Shown here in pieces: positions 47,350-56,992 of a stretch of DNA of 64,000 nucleotides. The notes under the pieces were generated by a model, which made no database searches, was not told the DNA's origin, and saw only the letters and a list, made by a program, of their open reading frames with translations. The stretch's first letter is position 1, and each line of letters begins with the position of its first letter. A program made the translations under genes and the position numbers. The stretch spans positions 1,408,001 to 1,472,000 of the forward strand of contig CAXXYH010000004.1 in assembly GCA_963677925.2 (NCBI GenBank). The letters run 5' to 3'. This stretch comes from Spirochaetia bacterium. Its GTDB lineage: Bacteria > Spirochaetota > Spirochaetia > UBA9216.

Positions 47350-48387
47350 TCAGAAATACAATCCTGCGCCAAGCAGAATTACAACTCCGTCAAAGGCTGT
47401 TTCCGTGTAGAAAACACGCAGGCTCAGTCCGGCAATGTAAAGAGTTCCGGTTACACCGATAAATGGTGTGGAAAAAGCACTTCCCAGCTGCGGGCTGACC
47501 TCGGCGCCAAGACCCAGGGCAATGCTTTCAGGGTTTCCGAAGTAAAAGTTTGTGCCGACAAGGATGTCGGTGTCTTCTGTATAGTCAATCGGTGCCATTG
47601 TATCAATATATACACCCATTCCGAATGCTTCGCCGAATGGAATCAACCCCCCGGCATATAAGCCCCAGGCCAGAGTATCGTAAGCATCAAATGCTCCGCC
47701 TAACTGGGCACCGATATCGAATCTGAATCGAGCATCGGATTTGGGTTTTGATGAAGATGTTGTTCTGGCAGATGTGCTGTCTTTGCTTACATCAACCATC
47801 CCTGTATCATCAGAGCCTGAGCTTCCGCCTATCATTGCACTTGGTTCTTCTGCAGGTTCCGGCTCTTCGGGCGGTGCGGGTGTTGATGCAACTGCAGGAA
47901 CCTCGGCACCTGTAAGCCGGGCAACGATTATTTCGCTGTCGTCTACAAGCTCATCAAGATCGGCATATTTACCTGATACACTGTTCTTTGTTTCTCCGGT
48001 TTCAACCTCTACCAGGCTCATGTTCAGAATCATTCTCGATCCGATTCGGCCGAGGCTTCCTATTACAATATACTGGGCAGCAAGCAGTCTACCTACTTCA
48101 AGCTGACAGCTTTCATCTGTACATCCTCCGTATGAAAACTGCAGTTCACTCAGGATTGTCTCCCGCTGGGTTCTGTCTATGACCCTGTACTTTGCAGTAG
48201 CGACGAGATGTCCGGACAGAAAATCGGTTAGAATAAGAGCTTCCTGCTCGGAAACCTGGCTGACTCTGAAGTCGAGTACAGTTAAAACAGGTTTATCAAT
48301 CTGGCCGTATACATTAAACCCTGCAGATAAGAGAAATATCAGCAGAAGAAAAACGGTTTTGACGGTGCTTTTATAGTGCTTCTCCAT
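47350..48387 (-). CDS. Exported protein with CsgG/DUF2380-like N-domain, Pro/Ser-rich linker and predicted C-terminal beta-barrel
   Basis: Signal peptide, VIDRTQRETILSELQFS.GGCTDESCQLEVGRLL, alternating-hydrophobic strands ending GAGLYF*. Start could also be 48396. Confidence 0.7.
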   Translation of the reverse strand: MEKHYKSTVKTVFLLLIFLLSAGFNVYGQIDKPVLTVLDFRVSQVSEQEALILTDFLSGHLVATAKYRVIDRTQRETILSELQFSYGGCTDESCQLEVGRLLAAQYIVIGSLGRIGSRMILNMSLVEVETGETKNSVSGKYADLDELVDDSEIIVARLTGAEVPAVASTPAPPEEPEPAEEPSAMIGGSSGSDDTGMVDVSKDSTSARTTSSSKPKSDARFRFDIGAQLGGAFDAYDTLAWGLYAGGLIPFGEAFGMGVYIDTMAPIDYTEDTDILVGTNFYFGNPESIALGLGAEVSPQLGSAFSTPFIGVTGTLYIAGLSLRVFYTETAFDGVVILLGAGLYF

Positions 48388-48513
48388 ACTATCCATTTTA
48401 TTATCTTTGAAGACAAAACTCAACACTTATATTTTATCGCATTCATCATAAATTTCTATGTGAAAATCGTGGTTGACAGTAATTATGGAATATCTGGTAT
48501 ACTGAAGGCCGTT

Positions 48514-49560
48514 ATGGCAAGTATTTATGATGTGGCAAAAGCAGCAGGTGTTTCTCCGTCTACTGTCTCCTTTGTTCTTAACGGCAAAGGTGAAAAAATG
48601 CGAATCGCAAAAAAAACCATTGATAATATCAGGAAGGCTGCAAGTACTCTGGGCTATATACCAAATGTGGCTGCAAGGAAGCTGACCAGTAAAACGGCTC
48701 TAATCTCATCGCCTGAAGTAGCTGTACTCTGGTCTCCATATCAGCATTTTTCATTCCTGAATAATTTTATAGATAAGGCGCAGGCACTGATTAGTAAGGG
48801 CGAACTCCCTGAAATGCGGTTTTCAGTAATTCCTTTTGAAGAGGGAGCACTGAGTAAATACTCCAGTGTTTTTTTTAATACAGGTTATAATGGCATCATA
48901 GTTCCCCCTATTTCTGCCGAGGATTTAGCTTTTCTGAATAACCTCAACATTTCAACGCCCCTTATTCTGCTTTATGGTAATTCTGATAAACATTCGGTAA
49001 TTAAGGTAGATAATTTGAAAGCAGGCAAACTTGCAGCAGAAGTCTTTTGCGAAAAAGGTATGAACAGTGTTGTCATGATTACAGAGAAGCGTTCCAATAT
49101 ACATACCAATATAGCCAGCAGGAAAAACAGTTTTTCAGCAGCCTGTGAGGAAAAAGGAATTTCGGTAATTGAGATAGAGATTCCGGAAAATCTTAATCTA
49201 AATCTGAAAAACATTCTGAATCCCGATGTAGGTAAATGGTGTTCGGATAAAATTCTTGAGCTTGGCAGTCGTCCAAAAGGGATTTTTGTTCAGAATGATC
49301 TGATAGCCTACAATCTGATTAATGCCTTAAAAGATTCAGGATTTGATATTCCGGTTGATATGGAAGTAATTGCCTATGGATCTGCCATGATTGCAGAAAT
49401 CAGTTCCCCTACTATTACCACTATTGATCATGATTATGAACAAATAAATTCAGAAGCTTTAAAGATGATGGCCGAACTTCTGGTTGATTCCATGTCCGGA
49501 CCCAGAACTAAAATTATTGATACTAAGGTTGTTTTCAGAAATAGCTGTCCGGAAATGTGA
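48514..49560 (+). CDS. LacI-family regulator
   Basis: MASIYDVAKAAGVSPSTVSFVLNG, YIPNVAAR, NDLIA, PTITTI. Confidence 0.93.
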   Translation: MASIYDVAKAAGVSPSTVSFVLNGKGEKMRIAKKTIDNIRKAASTLGYIPNVAARKLTSKTALISSPEVAVLWSPYQHFSFLNNFIDKAQALISKGELPEMRFSVIPFEEGALSKYSSVFFNTGYNGIIVPPISAEDLAFLNNLNISTPLILLYGNSDKHSVIKVDNLKAGKLAAEVFCEKGMNSVVMITEKRSNIHTNIASRKNSFSAACEEKGISVIEIEIPENLNLNLKNILNPDVGKWCSDKILELGSRPKGIFVQNDLIAYNLINALKDSGFDIPVDMEVIAYGSAMIAEISSPTITTIDHDYEQINSEALKMMAELLVDSMSGPRTKIIDTKVVFRNSCPEM

Positions 49561-49908
49561 ATTATCAGCAAAATTGCTGTTGATTTGAGTAAAATCTCAA
49601 AAATTATTTGTCGGGATGTAAAATCTCTGTTTCACCTGATGCCTGATTTTAAGGCTGTAAAGGAAGAAAAACAAGTTTTTTGATACGGAGCGAGTGTTAC
49701 GGTTTTGTTCCGATGGTTGTAAAGAAGGATGAATGGGGTGAAATGGTTTTTGATTATATGAAGAAGATTACTGAAAAAGCAGGACTTAATGCAAAGTTCC
49801 GCTGGTCTGGAGATGAGGTCATTATAAGCAGCTGAACAGTAAGGATATCTATGGATTTGTTATGGGATTATGCTATAATTTCTGATATTACAAAAACAGG
49901 AGCACCGT

Positions 49909-50976
49909 ATGCGCAGACTTGTAATTCTTATAATGTTTTTTACCGCTGCAGTTATTTATTCACAGGATAAAGAGCTTGTATCAATTCTGGATTTTACCGG
50001 TACGGAGATATCTGAGAGCGAGCTTGGCGCCCTTACCGACTACTTTTCAGGCTACATTGTTGAGACAAAGAAATTTGATGTGATTGAGATTGAAGAAAGG
50101 GATAGAATCCTCTCGGAACTTCAGTTTTCGATGACGGGTTGTGTCGACCAGTCCTGTCAGCTTGAAATTGGCCGTCTTCTGCAGGCAAATCAGATTATTG
50201 TCGGAAGCGTAGGAAAGATTGCCGATTACTACATGCTGAATGTAAAGATGCTGGAAGTTGAAACCGGCAAAACCTTAAAGTCTCAGTCGAAAAAATATAA
50301 TGATCTGCGGGCGATGATTGATGACAGCCGAAAGTATGTATTTGAGCTGGTCAATGATCGGGACTCGATGTACACAGCAAGCGAGCGTGAAGTTCAGAAT
50401 GATTACTACAACAGCCTTCTTGACGGCTATGACCCAGACAGGTTCTACACCTGGCTTGAGGAAAAGGGCTACACCGACTACTACATTGCCGGCGACGGTT
50501 ATATCAAGAGCTCATATATAAAAGAGTACAAGCAGAAAGAGCTCGGGATGCGTTTTACCCTAAGCCCGGAGATTGGATATACTCCGATGTTCTGGTATGA
50601 ACCTGTATATCAGGATCTTGATGGGGATAGTTTTTTTGAGAGTGAAGGAGAATACCTTGGACTTGAATATACAGGAATCAAAAATGATATAAGGGTTGGA
50701 GTAATTGCATCCTTCCAGCCGTATTATAAATGGGGATTAGGAGTATTAAGTTCTTTTGATCTTGGTGATGAATTTAACTGGTGTATAGGTGCATATTCTG
50801 CGTATGGAAATAAAAATGATGGTTTAGCTATCGGATTATCAGCCGAATTATCTACAGCCTGTATGTTTGAAGGTGGAGTTCTGCTTTTTTATAAGGGGTT
50901 ACACGCAAAAATTTCTGCCGGCGTATGGGATAGACTGTATTACCTCGGCATTTCTGCCGGTTACTCATTCTTCTGA
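49909..50976 (+). CDS. Exported protein with CsgG/DUF2380-like N-domain and predicted C-terminal beta-barrel (paralogue of 47350-48387)
   Basis: Signal peptide, ERDRILSELQFSMTGCVDQSCQLEIGRLL, VETG, ends GISAGYSFF*. AGGAG SD. Confidence 0.72.
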   Translation: MRRLVILIMFFTAAVIYSQDKELVSILDFTGTEISESELGALTDYFSGYIVETKKFDVIEIEERDRILSELQFSMTGCVDQSCQLEIGRLLQANQIIVGSVGKIADYYMLNVKMLEVETGKTLKSQSKKYNDLRAMIDDSRKYVFELVNDRDSMYTASEREVQNDYYNSLLDGYDPDRFYTWLEEKGYTDYYIAGDGYIKSSYIKEYKQKELGMRFTLSPEIGYTPMFWYEPVYQDLDGDSFFESEGEYLGLEYTGIKNDIRVGVIASFQPYYKWGLGVLSSFDLGDEFNWCIGAYSAYGNKNDGLAIGLSAELSTACMFEGGVLLFYKGLHAKISAGVWDRLYYLGISAGYSFF

Positions 50977-51024
50977 TCGTTACTGCTTTTTCTGCTTAAG
51001 TAAATTCTCCAGCTGATTCCATTT

Positions 51025-51951
51025 TTATTCTGAAAAAAAATACTGGACAAAGAGGAAAATAAGCGGCAGTGTTGGAAGCATCAGTATGGTGCTCTGGGCG
51101 ACTGCTCTGGCTGCAAAGGCTGAGTCGTTATGCTCCGCCTGTGACATTATAACTGTAAGAGAACCGGAGGGCAGAGCTGAGAGTATTACTGTCGAAGAGG
51201 CTGTAACCGGATCAATTTTCATAAGTTTCATAAATACTGCAACGATAAGGGGAATAAAGATAAGCCTCATTGTAGAAACCATATAGGCATAGCGATCACA
51301 GAGGATTTCCTTAAAATTGGAGTTTGCTATTTCCCAGCCGATGAGCATCATGGATAGAGGAACCATCATGCCGCCGATGGAACTCAGTGTATACTGTATG
51401 AAATCGGGAAATCTGAATCCTGATAAGTAAATTATTATAGATATTATTGATACATACAGTGTTTTATTGCTGAACAGATTTCTTATACTTATCTTTTCCT
51501 TTCCTGTCAAAAGCATCAGTCCGTAGGAAAAGAAAAACAGTTGAAAACTCATATTATAGGCAACCGTATAGAGAGTTCCTGTTTTTCCGAACATCTCTCC
51601 AAGAAGCGGGAATCCTATGAATCCGACATTGGCGAATACCATTACATTTATAAAAACACTTCTAAACCTTTTATTTACATTCAGTTTTTTTGTGAAAATG
51701 CTCAGGATTACTAAAAACAATAAGAAATAGACTGAGCTTATCAGTAAAACTGACAGCATGCCTATGGCGTTTTCTTTTGAAAAAATTTGTCCGGCAGCGC
51801 TTATAATGTTTACCGGTAGAATAATCTTCACAAGCAGTTCCGAGAGACTGTCCCGCATTTTAATAGTCATGATTCCTCTTTTTGAGAGAACGAATCCGAA
51901 TGCGAGCAGCAGCAGTATTTTACCGAATATGTTAAGCAGTTGTAACAGCAT
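51025..51951 (-). CDS. AEC (auxin efflux carrier / malate permease) family transporter
   Basis: FANVGFIGFPLL, PLSMMLIG, SALPSG, about 10 TM segments. Confidence 0.9.
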   Translation of the reverse strand: MLLQLLNIFGKILLLLAFGFVLSKRGIMTIKMRDSLSELLVKIILPVNIISAAGQIFSKENAIGMLSVLLISSVYFLLFLVILSIFTKKLNVNKRFRSVFINVMVFANVGFIGFPLLGEMFGKTGTLYTVAYNMSFQLFFFSYGLMLLTGKEKISIRNLFSNKTLYVSIISIIIYLSGFRFPDFIQYTLSSIGGMMVPLSMMLIGWEIANSNFKEILCDRYAYMVSTMRLIFIPLIVAVFMKLMKIDPVTASSTVILSALPSGSLTVIMSQAEHNDSAFAARAVAQSTILMLPTLPLIFLFVQYFFSE

Positions 51952-52074
51952 GTGAGTATTCCTTCTGAATATGAAAGGTCAAAAGATTTTGTTTCTGCAG
52001 AATGATAGGTAAAGTAAGGAATACTGTCAATAACGAAAAATTACAAAATAAACATAAAGAAAATGAATAAAAAC

Positions 52075-52106
52075 AAAAAAAGCCGCAGACCCGAAGGCCT
52101 GCGGCT
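52075..52106 (-). terminator. Intrinsic terminator of nifJ
   Basis: Stem AGCCGCAG..CC / GG..CTGCGGCT with a UUCG loop and U run on the minus strand. Confidence 0.85.
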
Positions 52107-52154
52107 GAAATGATTACTGGATATCATTATGGACATTCTGCTTTGCAGAATTGA

Positions 52155-55100
52155 TTACATTATATCACCAAGCTTCTTGTAGAAGGCCATTCTCTTCTTA
52201 GCGTCCTCTTCTGCCAGTGCAAAGAGTTCCTCTGCGTGGTCAGGGTTGGTTGCCTGAAGGGCTGTGTATCTTCTTTCACTTCTGATGAAGTCCTGGAATG
52301 AAGCAGTAGGATCTTTAGTTTCCCAGATGAATCTCTTACCCTCTTCCAGTGTCGGATTGTATCTGTAAAGAGGCCAGTAGCCTGCTTCAACGGCACGTTT
52401 TGCTTCAGCCTGTGACTTTGACATATCGATACCGTGGTTGATACATGGTGCATATGCGAAGATGATTGAAGGTCCGTCGTATGCTTCTGCTTCCATGATG
52501 GCTTTCTGAGCCTGAGCCCTGTTTGCTCCCATTGAGATGGATGCAACATATACGTAACCGTAGCTCATACACATGAAGCCCATGTTTTTCTTTGTGAGCT
52601 GCATACCCGCATTAGCAAATTTTGCAACTGCAGCAATCGGAGTGGCCTTCGAAGCCTGTCCTCCGGTGTTTGAGTAAACCTCGGTATCCATAACAAGGAT
52701 GTTGACATTCTTGCCCATGGCTACTACGTGGTCAACACCGCCGTATCCGATGTCATATGCCCATCCGTCACCGCCGAGAATCCATACACTCTTGTCAACA
52801 AAGTAGTCTTTAAGTTCAACCATCTTGTCGAGAGTTTCCTTCATCTCACCTGAAGCCTTTGAAGCCTCAGCTTCAAGAAGTGCACCAAGAGCTTCCTGGC
52901 CGTCAATGGCAGTCTGTTCTACAGATGTCCACATTTCAAGCTGTTTTTTAAGAGCGTCTGCTGAAGCTCCGCTGAGTCCAAGCTGGAGAGCTTTCTCTGC
53001 TTTAAGTTTAAGAAGGTCTCTGTTTGAGTCTACAGCGAGTCTCATACCGAAACCGTATTCAGCATTGTCTTCGAAAAGTGAATTACCCCATGCAGGACCT
53101 CGTCCGTTGGGTTTCTTTGTATAAGGAATAGTCGGGAATGTTCCGCCGTAGATTGAAGAACATCCTGTTGCGTTGGCAACAACCATTCTGTCTCCGCAGA
53201 CCTGAGTTACAAGTTTAACGTAGGGAGTCTCACCACAGCCGGCACATGCACCGGAGAACTCGAACAGAGGCTGTCTGAACTGCATTCCCTTAACATTCTC
53301 TTCTGATGATCCGTCAAGGGCACCGTAGGGGAGTGTCTCAAAGAAGGCTTCGTTTGCAGTTTCACCTGCAGCTCTTTCAACTTCGAGGGTACTCCATTCA
53401 AGAGCCTTTGTCTTTGCAGGACATGTTTCAATACATACACCGCATCCCTGACAGTCTTCAATGAACATCTGAATCTTGTACATGTATTCCTTGTCTTTGG
53501 ATGCCTTGTATTTAACAGCATCAAAAGTATCAGGAGCACCTGTCATCTTATCAGTTTCGATCATCTTTGTTCTGATTGCAGCATGGGGACATGACTGAAC
53601 ACACTGGTTACACTGAATACAGTTTTCACCGAGCCAGTTCGGAACACGTGGTGCAACACCGCGTTTTTCAAGCTTTGTTGTTCCGGTAGGCAGTGTGCCG
53701 TCGTATGACATCTGTGAAACAGGGATGTCATTGCCCTTGAGGTGCATTATTTTTTCAACAATGTTCTTTGCAAAATCATCCGCATCGTCTTTAATCAGCT
53801 TGGGAGCTGTATAGCACTTTCCGGGTAACGATGCAGGAACTTCAACTTTCTTAAGAGCTGCAGCAGACTGATCAATAGCGTTCCAGTTCATCTTAACGAT
53901 GTCGTCACCCTTCTTTGCGAAGGTTTTCTTTGCAGCAGCTTTCATCAGGTCGATTGCTTCTTTTTCAGGAAGGATACCTGAAATCTTGAAGAACGCAGCC
54001 TGCATAACAGTATTTGTTCTGTTTCCAAGACCTACTTCTTCAGCAACGTCATATGCGTTCATGCAGTAGAAGTTGATCTTTTTATCGATCATTATCTGCT
54101 GTTCTTCTTCGGTGAGGGTATAGAATACCTCATCAGCAGGAACCAGCGCATTCAGAAGGAAAACACCGCCTTCCTTAAGAGGCCCGAGCATATCATATCG
54201 TCCGATATAAGCAGGGTTTGAACATGCGACGAAGTCTGCCTTTGTAATGAGCCATGGAAAGTTAACCTGACTCTTGCCGAATCTAAGGTGAGAAACTGTG
54301 ATACCGCCTGACTTCTTTGAGTCATAGTCAAAGTATCCCTGTGCGTTCATATCAGTGTTGTCACCGATGATTTTGATTGAGTTTTTGTTGGCACCTACAG
54401 TACCGTCTGAACCCAGACCCCAGAACATACAGGAAACAACGTCTGAAGGAATTGCATCAATTTCTTCTTTAACATCGATTGATTTGTTGCTAACATCATC
54501 TTTGATTCCAACTGTGAATCCGTTGAAAGCTGCTCCGTCAAGGTGATCAAGAACTGCTTTAACATGTGAGGGTGTAAATTCCTTTGAAGAAAGACCGTAG
54601 CGTCCGCCGACTACCTTGATGTCTTTTCCTGCAAGAACAGCAGCAACATCAAGGAAGAGCGGTTCACCCAGTGAGCCGGGCTCTTTTGTTCTGTCAAGAA
54701 CAGCAATCTTCTTAACGCTTGCAGGAATAGCATCAACAAATGCTTCTGCAGAGAATGGTCTGTAAAGTCTTACCTTGATGGCTCCGACTTTTTCACCCTT
54801 TGCAACAAGGGAATTAACAGTTAATTCAATAGTATCGCAGGCGCTTCCCATAGCTATGATGATTTTTTCAGCATCAGGAGCTCCAACATAATCAAAAAGG
54901 TGATACTGGCGGCCGGTAATTTTGGCAACCTTGTCCATATATTCCTGTACCATTGCAGGAACAGCATCGTAGTAGTTGTTTGAAGTTTCACGGCCCTGGA
55001 AGTAAACATCAGGGTTCTGAGCAGCAACCTTTACAATAGGAGCTTCAGGTTTCATTGCTCTTGAGCGGAACTTTTCGATGTATTTGGGTTCAATCAGTGA

Positions 55101-55679
55101 TTTGATATCATCGTATGATATCTCTTCAACCTTCATGATCTCGTGTGAGGTTCTGAATCCGTCGAAAAATGCAAGGAATGGTATCTCTGATTTAAGTGTT
55201 GCAAGATGAGCAACAAGAGCCATATCCATTGTTTCCTGAATGTTTGATGCAGCAGTCATTGCGAAACCGGTGTTTCTTGTTGACATTACGTCGGAGTGAT
55301 CTCCGAAGATTGAGAGTGATTGTGCTGCAAGTGATCTTGCAGAAACATGGAAAACTGTCGGAAGCATTTCTCCGGCAATCTTATGCATATTCGGAATCAT
55401 TAAAAGCAGCCCCTGAGAAGCAGTAAAAGTAGTGGTGAGAGCGCCACCGCTAAGTGCTCCGTGAACAGCACCTGCCGCACCGGCTTCGGACTGCATTTCC
55501 ATGACGTCTACAATTTTTCCGTAAACGTTTTCTCTTCCTGTGGATGCCCAGGAATCAGCGTATTCTCCCATAGGAGACGATGGTGTAATCGGGTAAATAG
55601 CGGCAACTTCGCTGAAAGCATAGGCCACATGCGCAGCTGCACTATTACCGTCAATGGTAACCATTTTCTTATCAGCCAT
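52155..55679 (-). CDS. nifJ: Pyruvate:ferredoxin/flavodoxin oxidoreductase (homodimeric)
   Basis: IYPITPSS, MQSEAGAAG, CIQCNQCVQSCP, CQGCGVCIETCP, SGACAGCGE, GGDGWAYDIG. Confidence 0.98.
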   Translation of the reverse strand: MADKKMVTIDGNSAAAHVAYAFSEVAAIYPITPSSPMGEYADSWASTGRENVYGKIVDVMEMQSEAGAAGAVHGALSGGALTTTFTASQGLLLMIPNMHKIAGEMLPTVFHVSARSLAAQSLSIFGDHSDVMSTRNTGFAMTAASNIQETMDMALVAHLATLKSEIPFLAFFDGFRTSHEIMKVEEISYDDIKSLIEPKYIEKFRSRAMKPEAPIVKVAAQNPDVYFQGRETSNNYYDAVPAMVQEYMDKVAKITGRQYHLFDYVGAPDAEKIIIAMGSACDTIELTVNSLVAKGEKVGAIKVRLYRPFSAEAFVDAIPASVKKIAVLDRTKEPGSLGEPLFLDVAAVLAGKDIKVVGGRYGLSSKEFTPSHVKAVLDHLDGAAFNGFTVGIKDDVSNKSIDVKEEIDAIPSDVVSCMFWGLGSDGTVGANKNSIKIIGDNTDMNAQGYFDYDSKKSGGITVSHLRFGKSQVNFPWLITKADFVACSNPAYIGRYDMLGPLKEGGVFLLNALVPADEVFYTLTEEEQQIMIDKKINFYCMNAYDVAEEVGLGNRTNTVMQAAFFKISGILPEKEAIDLMKAAAKKTFAKKGDDIVKMNWNAIDQSAAALKKVEVPASLPGKCYTAPKLIKDDADDFAKNIVEKIMHLKGNDIPVSQMSYDGTLPTGTTKLEKRGVAPRVPNWLGENCIQCNQCVQSCPHAAIRTKMIETDKMTGAPDTFDAVKYKASKDKEYMYKIQMFIEDCQGCGVCIETCPAKTKALEWSTLEVERAAGETANEAFFETLPYGALDGSSEENVKGMQFRQPLFEFSGACAGCGETPYVKLVTQVCGDRMVVANATGCSSIYGGTFPTIPYTKKPNGRGPAWGNSLFEDNAEYGFGMRLAVDSNRDLLKLKAEKALQLGLSGASADALKKQLEMWTSVEQTAIDGQEALGALLEAEASKASGEMKETLDKMVELKDYFVDKSVWILGGDGWAYDIGYGGVDHVVAMGKNVNILVMDTEVYSNTGGQASKATPIAAVAKFANAGMQLTKKNMGFMCMSYGYVYVASISMGANRAQAQKAIMEAEAYDGPSIIFAYAPCINHGIDMSKSQAEAKRAVEAGYWPLYRYNPTLEEGKRFIWETKDPTASFQDFIRSERRYTALQATNPDHAEELFALAEEDAKKRMAFYKKLGDIM

Positions 55680-55774
55680 TTGTATCCCTTCCAAAAATTA
55701 AATTTATTGTTGTTCAATTATTATAGTGGTTTGAGGTAAAAGATACAAGGATCGAGGCACATCTGAGCTAAATA

Positions 55775-56992
55775 TCAGACAAAGGATTTTTTTCTTGACA
55801 TTAGTGCAGAAATTGTTACTGCAGGAAGAATCATGAATATGATGCTGGTTATGTTGTCCTGATAAATTGCAGGAATGATTTTCAGAAGCAGCGCAATAAT
55901 TGTACATGCTGCAGTGAAGCTCCAGCATCTTCGCAGACTTATATACGCTGATTTTTTTCCTGCCGCCACCCGTATTGATTGAATCAGGGTAACGAATAAA
56001 AAGGGATTGATGAATATCAGGTTCTGATTCCAGTATGAAAAAGCGTGGTCTGTAAACAGGGCCATAAACAGAAGCAGTGAGCCTGTAAGTGCCAGGGCAA
56101 GCGAGAGCATGGCGCTGAAGACCCCGAATAATCTGTTGAACAGATTATTTCTTCGTCCGGCAAGAAGCAGGGCTGCAGAAATTACAGCTCCCATAATTCC
56201 GGAAAGCAGGCCCAGCGGCCATGCAGCCCCTGCGTGTTCGGGGATCTCAACCCTGCCCTGTGCCTCATTAAGCACTTCCCGGCTGGCTACCAGGGGAACT
56301 GATTCTCCCTTTGAATCTGTTATCACCAGTGTCTTTATGTTTTTCTCAAGTTCTGCCGGAAGATACATTTCATCCCATACCAGAATCTCCCGATCTATTG
56401 ACCCGTTTATAGCGAAATTCAACAGCCAGTCCATATAGGGGCTTCCGGTGGTAAAGCGTCTGAAGTCTTCTCTTATTGTATACTCTGATTTATCAAGCGA
56501 GGCAGCGTGGAGTTCTCCGTCAAGAACCATATCAATGGCATCCCGGATTCTGGTTGAGCAGTTATCATAGAAGTGATCATACAGATAAACCCGGTTGTCG
56601 GGCTTGATTTCCTCCTCAAGAAAATCCCTGAGGGCTGAAGCCTGTTCCCTGCTCAGGTTAAGTTCATAACGGGTAATATCGCGGTTAAGCATCATGCCGT
56701 ATCTGTACTGGCCGCCCGGACTGCTTGCAGCCTTCAGAAAATACAGACGGCCCATAACAAAATTTCTAACGAAAGAATCCTGATCGAAACTGAAATTGCC
56801 GTAGTCGTAGTATCGGGCATGTCCGTTTGATATATCCTCGATAACTATTGCTACATGTCCCCACCAGGAATACAGCTCATCGGCCGGACCGTTAAAAACA
56901 AGGCTTACCTTAAGATTGTCCTGAGATGCGGCAAATGCCTGAGCAGAAATTAAAAGGGAAAAAAATAAAACCAGAGTTTTTTTAATAGTCAT
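55775..56992 (-). CDS. DUF4105-domain membrane protein (Lnb-type lipoprotein N-acyltransferase-like)
   Basis: Signal peptide, GPADELYSWWGHVAI, YDYGNFSF, YDHFYDNCSTRIRD, then about 5 C-terminal TM helices. Confidence 0.8.
   Translation of the reverse strand: MTIKKTLVLFFSLLISAQAFAASQDNLKVSLVFNGPADELYSWWGHVAIVIEDISNGHARYYDYGNFSFDQDSFVRNFVMGRLYFLKAASSPGGQYRYGMMLNRDITRYELNLSREQASALRDFLEEEIKPDNRVYLYDHFYDNCSTRIRDAIDMVLDGELHAASLDKSEYTIREDFRRFTTGSPYMDWLLNFAINGSIDREILVWDEMYLPAELEKNIKTLVITDSKGESVPLVASREVLNEAQGRVEIPEHAGAAWPLGLLSGIMGAVISAALLLAGRRNNLFNRLFGVFSAMLSLALALTGSLLLFMALFTDHAFSYWNQNLIFINPFLFVTLIQSIRVAAGKKSAYISLRRCWSFTAACTIIALLLKIIPAIYQDNITSIIFMILPAVTISALMSRKKSFV

Noticed and set aside
3462-55694. 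N-terminal extensions in the ORF track (starts 3512, 11390, 21612, 26165, 36896, 41393, 48376, 48426, 55694)
   Set aside because: The extensions run over SDs, promoters or neighbouring genes. Downstream starts fit the SD position or family N-terminus better.
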